A stretch of 63,335 bases of DNA, counting the filler, from Reclinomonas americana ATCC 50394 (lineage: Eukaryota): assembly GCA_048213135.1 (NCBI GenBank). It is 14 parts of 14 records of this genome, joined end to end, with 100 filler letters (N's around TTAATTAATTAA, not from the genome) between each part and the next. Parts side by side here need not be neighbours in the genome. Positions count along the whole stretch, not along the records: positions 10,926 to 14,445 come from AFZH01019242.1; positions 14,546 to 17,669 come from AFZH01019243.1; positions 17,770 to 23,934 come from AFZH01019244.1; 11 more parts are not named here. The stretch is one strand, 5' to 3'. Both the position numbers and the translations under genes were made by a program. The notes under the pieces were generated by a model that searched no databases, was not told where the DNA came from, and worked only from the letters and a program-made list of their open reading frames with translations. Below, one piece after another: positions 11,578 to 21,200 of the stretch (within the stretch, counting starts at the first letter, position 1; each line of letters starts with the position of its first letter).

Positions 11578-13503
11578 ATGGGCTGCAACACCTCCAAAGG
11601 TACGCAGATCCTGTGAGTCTGTCCTTGTCTCGTCGCTCACGTGGTCCGCCCGCTGCAGCAAGCCCCGTTCGCGAAAGACCGCGTGCTCCGCGGCCGGCTC
11701 CAGCTCCAGCTGCGCAGCCGCCACCTTCAGCCTCCGTGCCCAGAGCCACTGGTGAGTGTCTCTGTCGTGCATGTTGCGTGCATGCATTCCTCGCCGACAA
11801 CTGAGTGTGTCGATGCAGTGACCGCACCTGATGCCGGGTACGCATCGCAATCGTCTCCTCCTGTGCACCACAGCGAAGTGGTCCTCAGTGACAACGACGT
11901 GGAGTACATGACGTACGACACGAGCACAACGCACAGTCCCACTCCAACGCACTATGACTGGCGCGGAGGCAGTGACTCGTCGAGTGCACGGAGGGCATCG
12001 CTCGCTCCTCCAACGCGCAGTTCCTCTCGCTACCGCAGTGCCGAGGTGGTTGACTACGACTGGCGGAGCCGCCGCACTTCTGATCGGGCAAGTCCCTCTC
12101 GCTACCGCAGTGCCGAGGTGGTTGACTACGACTGGCGGAGCCGCCGCAGTTCGGATCGGCGTCCACCGCGCAGTCCTCCTCGCTACCGCAGTGCCGAGGC
12201 GGCAGAATACGATTGGCGGAGCCACATGCACGGTGCGAGTGAGCGATCGCGAGTTGCACACAGGGTTGCTACACCCCGAAGCCCCACTGGCTATGGCAGT
12301 TCGGAGTTGACTCATGAGCGTGCGCGATATGACTGGAGGGAGCACTACGATGCTGCTTTGGCACGCAGCGAAGCATTTATGGCTTCTCTACGGGCCCGGA
12401 TCGACTCATATTCGCAACCCACGGCTGTGCCCAATTGCAAGGTTGTGTTGAGCCGCAGTGCCCAGTGCACCAACTGCACTGGCACCAACCTCGACAACTG
12501 CTATCGACTGCCGTGCAGACATGGAGTCTGTCGCGAGTGGTCAGTCGCTAGTGCACCGTTTTCTCTCTATTGCTGGTATTTACTCACCCTTAACCACAAA
12601 GCTTGGCCGACATTTTGCAAACTCACATGGCTGGTGGCGATGCCGAAGAACCACTACGGTGTAGAGCCACTGGGTGCATGCAGGGTGAGTGAACGTCGGC
12701 GATCCACCACAGTCTTTCTCGTCATCGCCGCTGATTTAGAACTGCTCACAGACATACCCGAGGTGGTGATCCGTGACATGTGTGCCGACCAGCCAAACAT
12801 GCGCGAGATCCTGGCTGCATACGACGACCTGCTGAACATGTGCTACGTGAAGAAGATCTCCAAGCCGTGCCCGTCGGTGAGCGCAGACGACTTAGTGAAC
12901 TGCTGCTGGTAGAGCTGCGAGACTTACTGTGTTTTTTACGCAGTGCGGCACTCTGTGCATGCCCGCAATCGAACTGTTCGAGAACGCCGACTGCCGGTGT
13001 GGAGCGCGCTTCTGCCTGAAGTGCGGTGGGCCGTGGATGAGCCGCAGATCCACTGGTCCATGTGGCAACCCCGGGTGCATGTCAACGGACGAGTTGTTGC
13101 GCACGTGCGAGTGGGTGGTGAGTGCTTGATCATGAGACAACTCGCGCGATTCTTCTCGCTCACCACGTGCTTGGCGTATGCATGCTGCAGCGCATGTGGC
13201 CCTTCGACAACCCCACTGATCGCCCCGTGCCAAGTAGGCGTGCATGCCCGCGATGCCACCGTGTTCAAGGTACGCGCGCAGCGTAGCGAGAGACAGCTCC
13301 TGGTTCGTTGTGGTTGTGCTGATTCAGTGGTCGTCGGAACAGATCACGGCGAAGGCTGCAAACACATGAAGTGTCAGGAGCCAACTTGCCTCGCCGAGTA
13401 CTGCATGCGATGCTTGGCCGTCAAGGGTCCACGTGATTGGCCGGAATCGTGTGGGACGTATGAGTTTGCCTGCCGCATTGCTCCCATTCAACAGCTTTCA
13501 TGA
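11578..13503 (+). CDS. RBR (RING1-IBR-RING2) E3 ubiquitin ligase with MGC acylation motif and YDWR repeats
   Basis: Spliced model: MGCNTSK..., CTNC...LPCRHGVCRECL (RING1), KPCPSCG...CRCGARFCLKC (IBR), ACPRCHRVQDHGEGCKHMKC...YCMRC (RING2 with catalytic Cys). Confidence 0.85.
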
Positions 13504-13633
13504 CGAGGGCGCGCAGTCAAGAGACTGTAGTGAAGGCGTTTGCGGGTGTCAATGAGGATCGCATGGTGGAAGAAGAGTGTGCACGATCGATTCGTGCGAT
13601 TCTCATGGCTTTCCATTCATTTTCGCACTGCAG

Positions 13634-13936
13634 CGCATGTGGCCCTTCGACAAGCCCACTGACGAACATGTACCACGAATGCGTGCATGCCCACGTTGTC
13701 ATCGCGTTCAAGGCACGCACTTGGAGACAACTCATACATTTCTTGCGCTTTGTGTCTGACTCGACGGAACAGAGCATGCCGAAGGTTGCAAACACATGAA
13801 GTGTCAGGAGCCGACTTGTCTCGCCGAGTACTGCATGCGATGCTTGGCCGTCAAAGACTCACAAGACTGGCCGAATTCTTGCGGCACTTATGAGTTTCCT
13901 TGTCGGGTTGCACCCATTCAGAGGCTCTCGCGATGA
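13634..13936 (+). CDS. Second, intact copy of the two terminal RING2 exons of the RBR gene (alternative 3' cassette)
   Basis: Exons 13634-13712 and 13773-13936 mirror 13191-13269 and 13343-13503. The frame is open, ends ...VAPIQRLSR*, and the internal intron is GC-AG. Confidence 0.75.
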
Positions 13937-14034
13937 TAATGCGACGAGCTGGTAAACGGATGTCCATGTTAGTGTCTCCAGGTGATATAGTGCAACATGG
14001 AGACAAGTGCGCTCCAGCCTTTGCTTTTTTCTTT

Positions 14035-14445
14035 TCATTCCTCCTCCTGCGACGTCTGCTCCACCACCACCGCACCCTCGGCGATCCAAAACTGCGCGCG
14101 CTGCTTCGGATCACTCGTGCGCAAGTGCTCCACCGCGTACTTGGCCGTGTCGACCGGCGACAGACCCCTCTTCAAGCTGGCCTCGCCGAGGATCTCCAGC
14201 AGCCGCCACCCTGTAAACGCCGAGCGGGAGGCCTGCGTCGAGGCCAGCGCCACCACGCGCGACGGCTTCCACTCATGATCGGCATCCTCGTGCAGCCGCA
14301 GGTGCAGATCGCGCTGAAACGCCCCACTGTGACACGAGTCGGTGACGACAAACACCTCGCCACGACACGCGGCAATCAGCTTGGCCACGTCGTAGCCGTA
14401 CACGGCGCCGTACGAGCCCAGCGACCACTCGGCCTCGCCTGTCCT
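14035..14445 (-). CDS. Clan CD cysteine peptidase (caspase/metacaspase-like), C-terminal part
   Basis: Catalytic-Cys motif VFVVTDSCHSG followed by VVALAS. The 5' end is lost in the gap at 14446. Confidence 0.7.
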   Translation of the reverse strand, partial: RTGEAEWSLGSYGAVYGYDVAKLIAACRGEVFVVTDSCHSGAFQRDLHLRLHEDADHEWKPSRVVALASTQASRSAFTGWRLLEILGEASLKRGLSPVDTAKYAVEHLRTSDPKQRAQFWIAEGAVVVEQTSQEEE

Positions 14446-15057
14446 NNNNNNNNNNNNNNNNNNNNNNNNNNNNNNNNNNNNNNNNNNNNTTAATTAATTA
14501 ANNNNNNNNNNNNNNNNNNNNNNNNNNNNNNNNNNNNNNNNNNNNGCCGGCGAAACTGGTTGTGCGCGAGCTCCCTGGTTTTCGAACAAATTTGACCAAT
14601 AATCTATCGCTCATAACTCGTCGTCACATGCTCCGCTGGCACCAAGCCACATGGCATTGCGTGGGAAATCGTCTCCTGCCTCTCGTGGACCCTTTTTGCA
14701 GGACGGAATCAGGCTGCCTCGGCAGTGCCATGCGCCACGCCAAATGGACACCAAAAACTGTCTTAATTCCGGTGGTGGAACGACATCCACCGTGCGACTG
14801 AGAAATCTCTGCAATTCACTGAAGGTACCACCATGTAGAATGCACGGTGTAGAATCCAATGGACCCTTGCGCATGCACCAAGTTTTGTTCGGATCCGAAA
14901 AGGGGTCTGGACATACCACCACCCGAAAGCATCTTCGTGATCTCGGCTCGAACATGCCAACAACGCACTCCTTGGGAAGCGGGATGAAAACCGCCATCAG
15001 AACGTTGCACAGTCCCGCAGTGCGCGCGCCCAATTCAAATTTTAGAATCTTGCAATC

Positions 15058-16593
15058 ATGCACACGGCGCGTCTTTTCGTCCATTTCCCCCTCCTCCTCT
15101 TCCCCCTCCTCCTCCTCCTCCTCCTCCTCCTCGTGTGGCACCCACTGTGCGTCCTCTCCTCCCCCACCCACCCTCTCGCCTCCTCACCGTCACACACGGA
15201 AACTCGCGGGTTTCGCGCGCTGCCACCCATCCCGCAATTCACCACGCAGTCACCACCGCACGCATGTCCCCCTGCCGGCCCCTTCCAGCAGCCCTCACCG
15301 CCGGGTTCCCGCTTCTGTGACGATGGCACGCCAAGCATGGTGTACCTGTGCATGTCGGTGAGCGGCTGGCAGTGGACAGGCATTCCGTGTGAAGACATGG
15401 TGTCGTCGCCACTCGTTCTCTCCCTGAGTACCGTCGGCGGTGGTGCGTCGAGGCAAGTGCAAGTGCCGGAGCACTATGCCAACGCCTTGCAGCGCCTGCT
15501 GTGGCCGCTGTTGAATGCGCACGACGAGCCGCTCTCGTCGTCGCGATGCGTGCGTGGCAGTGGCGACGAGTGCGCAGAGTTCCCGCCTGTTGACTGCGCG
15601 ACGGCCGAGGGCCGTGAGGTGCGCGGCACGCGCGACGCCTTCATACGCTACGCCGAGGGAGTGGTAGTTGGCGGCGATGCTGATAAATACCAAGGCGGCT
15701 GGCTGCACCAGGAGGCGCTTCTGGCCTTCGTGCATCTCTCGCGCGTGCAGCACGAGCTGGGCGTGTACGGTGCGGTGGGCGAGATCGGCGTGTACCAGGG
15801 CATGTCGTTCGCGCCGCTGGCGTTGACGGCGGCTCGCTGCGAGTTCGTGTGGGGCGCCGATGTGTTCGACGACCAAGCGCTCAACCTCGACACGTCGGGC
15901 GCGAGCCCCGCAGGCGCCGAAGGCAATGCAGGTATGTGCAATATTGTCAGGGGGAAAAGATGCCACCCACACTCTCATTCATCTCCCGCAGCCGGTCTCT
16001 TCGAAAGGCTGCTGCATCGCATTGGCAACATCAACGATCAGCCGCGCACCATGGTTTTTGCGAGGTCGTCGCTCACGTTGAAGCCTCGCCAGCTCTGCAG
16101 CGCCGGCGTCACGCGCTCGCGCTTCATCTCCATCGATGGCATGCACTCGGCACACGCCACCTTTGAGGATCTGGAACTGGCGGCGTGCTTGCTGCTGCCG
16201 GGCGGCATCATCGCCGTCGACGACATTCAAAACTACCATTGGCTGGGCGTGCACGAGGCGGTCGACCAGTGGCTGCAGTGGCGCCGCCACGAGTTCGCGC
16301 CGTTTGCGATGGGTGCCAAGCTGTACATCACCACTGCGTCGCACTACGACGAGTACCTGCGGCGGCTGCTGGAGCTGCGTACGATGGACAACTCGGAGCC
16401 GCTGTATCATGCCAACTTCCGCCGACAGCGCATGGTGCACGGCTGGCCGGTGGCCACCATCAGCGACAGGGTGCTCACGCCGTCGGCGGCGGAGCTGGTC
16501 GTCGACTACCGTTACGCCATGTCGCCTGTCGCCCTGGGCGAGCTGCTGGCGCGCCTGGCGGGTGTGGAGCTCGAGGCTCCGCAGCGGGTGTGA
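15058..16593 (+). CDS. Secretory-pathway class I SAM-dependent methyltransferase (Methyltransf_24-like)
   Basis: Hydrophobic signal/anchor, then VGEIGVYQGMS and FISIDGMHS...LLPGGIIAVDD motifs. Contains an in-frame 60-nt GT-AG intron at 15932-15991. Confidence 0.8.
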   Translation: MHTARLFVHFPLLLFPLLLLLLLLLVWHPLCVLSSPTHPLASSPSHTETRGFRALPPIPQFTTQSPPHACPPAGPFQQPSPPGSRFCDDGTPSMVYLCMSVSGWQWTGIPCEDMVSSPLVLSLSTVGGGASRQVQVPEHYANALQRLLWPLLNAHDEPLSSSRCVRGSGDECAEFPPVDCATAEGREVRGTRDAFIRYAEGVVVGGDADKYQGGWLHQEALLAFVHLSRVQHELGVYGAVGEIGVYQGMSFAPLALTAARCEFVWGADVFDDQALNLDTSGASPAGAEGNAGMCNIVRGKRCHPHSHSSPAAGLFERLLHRIGNINDQPRTMVFARSSLTLKPRQLCSAGVTRSRFISIDGMHSAHATFEDLELAACLLLPGGIIAVDDIQNYHWLGVHEAVDQWLQWRRHEFAPFAMGAKLYITTASHYDEYLRRLLELRTMDNSEPLYHANFRRQRMVHGWPVATISDRVLTPSAAELVVDYRYAMSPVALGELLARLAGVELEAPQRV

Positions 16594-16821
16594 GCGGCCG
16601 CGTGACCAATGTCCGCCGGCATAGACCTTGGCACATCAACAAATAGAATAAACCACACACGTGCATGCGCACTAATGATTCTAGATCTCGAACAGCGCGC
16701 AGGTCATCTTCCTGGCCTGGAGGCCGTGTGTCCAGAATAGGGTTTCTTTTATTCGAACTCTCAACATCGAACACACGAGTTGCTGCAGCAACACTGACAG
16801 CAACACCACAACTGCGCATAC

Positions 16822-17110
16822 GCCACCACCGATATTAGCCCCACCAACAATACGACAAGCTTCCTTTGTTCCACCAACGACGACACTTCCACTGCTTTGC
16901 AATTGCTTTGCCTCGCAGCGACTATCGATCGAATCCGGACCTAGCTTTGCTTTGGTCGCCTGGCTTTTGGCCTTTTCTCGAATTCGATGTGCCGTGTACG
17001 ATCGCAGAAAACGCTATGCGTCTATGCAAGTGCGTCAAATCTGGTCAACCACGCTCATGTGGTGAAGATCGCAGTGCTCGACTTGTTCGGAGCTCCGAGA
17101 GCGAACACAC
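16822..17110 (+). repeat. Dispersed repeat family copy 3
   Basis: Same conserved core with a 3-bp deletion and a few substitutions. Confidence 0.9.
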
Positions 17111-17803
17111 ATACACATCGGATTTGCCACCGGACTGAGGGAGGCACGTCAAAGCAGGCTGCGCATACGAGTAACGAATAGCGTTCTTTGAGCGGCTAAG
17201 CAGACGCGAGGTTTGTCGATTTTATAGCTCGGATTCTCGATATCGACGTGATCGATATCTCATTTTTTCGATCTCTATGTGTAACATGCACACTGAGCAT
17301 GGACACTGTTGCAGCCGCCTTCGTAGTTATCGATGTGGCCGTTGTTTTCCACGCCACGCCAGCAGAGCTTGATTATTTCCTTTTCAGGCATTTCGACTTT
17401 TTCTCACTGTTTTCGTGATGTCTCAGCTTCTTTCGCTCAGGCCGGTGATCATCATGCAGCTGCGATGCTGTCAGGATCTGTAAAGCTGTTGTTGCTGTTG
17501 TTTTTCTGATTTCCCACATTCCACCACTCCACCACAACCAACGGACAGATACCGACACCACTCAATCTCGCGACGTGAGTCCTCACACCTCCCCCTCCTC
17601 CGCTCCCCACACGCATCACGCACTGCACATCGCCAGGCAAGCACCCCACCAACGCACTCGCACACACGCNNNNNNNNNNNNNNNNNNNNNNNNNNNNNNN
17701 NNNNNNNNNNNNNTTAATTAATTAANNNNNNNNNNNNNNNNNNNNNNNNNNNNNNNNNNNNNNNNNNNNAGAGAGAGAGAGAGACTGACTCGCGCGAGTA
17801 CAG

Positions 17804-18165
17804 GTCGTGTATCCAGCGATGATTTCCGCAAAGTGCTGGCCGAGTACGGCGTGAAGCGCGGAGTCAATCCAATCGTCCGTCGCTTTGCCGCCGCCGCCGG
17901 GGCGTCTCCCGCCTCCGCCGCAGCGTCGCCGTCTACACAAGTCGATTACACTGCGTTCTTGTCGTACTTTGCCGACGCGAAAAAGTTCTGCAATGGCCAT
18001 GGCGCGCTCTCTCTCTCTGTGCTCTTCTCTCTTGTGTACTGACGTGTGGGTTTGCGTTGTGTAAAAAACAAGGCCGCAACGGACGCCGCCGACGCCGACG
18101 AGTATGATGGCTGCACTGGCGTCGCCGACTTCGTTGAATGCCGAGGTGGGTGTCAATCAAGAGAG

Positions 18166-18214
<49 letters not shown>

Positions 18215-21200
18215 AATGGGAGAGAGCAGTGTGAGGCAGTGTAGAGCAGGGAGTGAGAGAGAGAGAGAGAATGCGTTCGACTTTGGATTGTCACGTTCTG
18301 TCATGTCTGAGATATCGAAGCGCAGCGGACAGTGTGTGTCTGGTGAACGATCGAGTGTGTATGTGTGTGTGTGATAGAGAGCATAGAGAGCGAAGAGTGT
18401 GTATGTGTTTGCGTGAGAGAGACGGTGAACGTTCTTGTGACGCGATGAATCGCGACAATCGTTTTTGTCGCTGAGAGAGACTGTTAGGATGAGCGGTGTC
18501 TTGTGTGGCTGTTGTGTTTGTGTGTACTCGGTTGTTGTCGCCGCGGGGTTGGTGGTGTTTCGTTGTGCTGTCGATATTTCTCCGATTTCTCGGACGCGCG
18601 GCACTCATCAACCGCTGAACTGATTCTCGTCTCGCTCTCTCCGCCCTGTTATCCATCTTGCGCTTTGCCTTGTTCTCCATTATTCGTGCCTCTCGTACCT
18701 CACGTCACCTCTCGACGCGATCCTCCCTCTCGTTCTCCACTTCGCGCTCCCCACCTCTCGCTCTCCACCTCTCCCACCTCGCTCTCCACCTCTCGCTGTC
18801 CACCTCGCTCTCCCCACCTCACTCCCCACCTCTCACTCCCCACCTCACTCCCCACCTCTCACTCCCCACCTCACTCCCCACCTCACTCGCCACCTCGCAC
18901 TCCCCACCTCACTCGCCACCTCGCACTCCCCACCTCGCTCCCACCTCGCTCCCCACCTCGCTCCCCACCTCGCTCCCCACCTCGCTCCCCACCTCGCTCC
19001 CCACCTCGTTCCCCACCTCGTTCCCCACCTCGTTCCCCACCTCGCTCCCCACCTCACTCCCACCTCACTCCCCACCTCACTCCCCACCTCGTACTCCCCA
19101 CCTCGTACTCCCCACCTCGTACTCCCCACCTCATCCTGCTTCACTCCCTTCCCTCCTCTCACTCCTCTCCGTTCCCCTTTCCCCCCATTTTTCCAACTCG
19201 CTCACCTCCCTTCCCCTTCTTCCCCCTTCCCCTTTCCCTTTCCCCCCACATAGACCCCACCCGTCTCCCAGGCCAAGCCCACCGAGATCTCCCACTCCCC
19301 CAACCCGCGCGACATGCGCACATCGGTGGACAGGAAAGCCAATCACCTCCACGGACCTGGCGAGTCATCACTCGCACGCCTGCTGAAAGATCGCGACCGC
19401 GTCGGCAGCACACTCCGTGAGATGGACCGCGAGCGCAAGGGAGTCGTCTCCAAGGCCGACTTTGAGGCTGGTTCGTCGCCGCCCCACACCCACCCTGTGT
19501 TTGTGCCGCTCGCTCACTTTTGCTAATGAACGGCAGGTTTGGAGAGCGCTGGCATTCGAGCCACAGACCCCGAGGTGCAAGCCATGGTGCGTCGCGCCGA
19601 GACCGCCGACGGCAAGGTTGCGTACTCGCAGCTGCTGTCGATTCTGCCAGACGCCACCACCATTACCACCCCGTCGGCCGAGTCGTCATCGCACGCCAGC
19701 CTGATGGCCACCACAGCCGCCAATCAGTTTGTGCCCGCCGCCGCCCAGAACGCCGCCTCGCGCCGCAAGTCGGTGCCGGAGACCATGGATATGCGCCAGA
19801 ACTCCACGCCGCTCAATCCGGTGACGCAGAAGCGCATGGCCAAGTTGGATCGCGCGATGCAGCTCTTTTCGAGCTCCGATCCGCTCAACACGGGTGTCGT
19901 GCCGGCCGATGACTTTGTCAGCAGTTGCGTGGGTGGGAGATATGTAGTGCAGGGCGAGTGCGAATGTGTTGCGCCTCTCTCTCTCTCTCTCATTCTCTCC
20001 CTCTTTCTCTCTCTCTGTTCCTTTCTGTTGTCATTTTCTGTCATTTCAATTCCAGTTACCCGCACGCTGTCACTCGTTTCCCGCTGTATCTCGGTCTTCT
20101 TTCTCGCTCTCTCTCTCTTTTGCCTGACGTACTTGTTGTCACTCATCTTGCACGTTGATTTTCACGCTCTTTCGCACTCCTTGTCTTTTTCTTCCATCCC
20201 TCATGTCTCCCCACATTTCTGTTTCGTCGTAACTTTCTTCTCTCCCCCTCTCCTCTTACTCCCGTCCCGTGTATCTCACTCTCTTCCCTCATTACATCCC
20301 TTTCCACTTCCGTTTCCCTTCTCCACTGCCATTGCGCCCTTTCCCTTCTCCCTTCTCCCTCACCTTCGCTTACCCTTTTGCAGCCCTCCGCACCATCAAC
20401 CCCACCGTCGGACCCAAGGAGGTGGAGCACCTCGTCAACCGCCTCAGCGATCCCGCCACCCGCACCGTCGACTACCGCAAGTTCCTGCAAGTGGCCAGCG
20501 CCCTCGAGAGCAAATTTGTCAGCGATCCCTCCTCACCCAGCGCTGGTGGCGCCGTGACCGACGACAGTGACGTTGCGTCCATCGCGCGACTCTCTTGTAC
20601 CTTACTCCACAACTCACCTTTCGCGTCTTTGTCTCTCACAGCAACGACTTGCGTTTGGTGTCTCATCCCCTCTGGCTGCCACCCGTCAGGAGCGCGCCGA
20701 GATGCTGCACACATCGGAGGTGTTTGACTCGAGTGCGGTGAGTGGCTGCGAATTTAGTTTGCGAGGCTGGCTGCTGTAGCTCACCACTTGCACTGCAGCC
20801 GCCACCATCATCGCCGGCCGGCAAGCGCTTCGTCAGGGAAAACGTCAACGTTGCTCCCAAGTTTGACGAGCAGAAGCGCCGTGATGTGGTGACCTGGGAC
20901 CGCTCCAAGGCTCTGACTCCGGAGGAGAAGCGATTGGAGGAGCTGCACAAGACCATTCGTGATAAGGTGTGTGCGGTGGGCCACGGTGGATATGAGATGG
21001 GGAGGTGGTGGGCTTGCTGGTAGATTTTCCTTCATGCACTGTCTCCTTCACTTCACCACCTTGTTCACATTTGTGACTTGGCTTGACGCGCGCACGCTCG
21101 TATTTCTTGTGCGATAGTTACACCGCATGCGTACTTCCTGTGTCATGGTTGCTGACTCGCGCAAGCGCTCGCTATTCAATTCTCTTAGCCACGTTGTGCG

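Noticed and set aside
14611..15171. 186-aa minus-strand ORF ending in DDEL
   Set aside because: Overlaps the methyltransferase signal peptide in antisense, has no recognisable domain and atypical codon use, so it is likely chance.
17975..18072. Apparent non-canonical GC...AA intron in the EF-hand gene
   Set aside because: A canonical A|GTTCTG...AAG intron gives an open, plausible frame (KPQRTPPTPTS...) compatible with the next exon.
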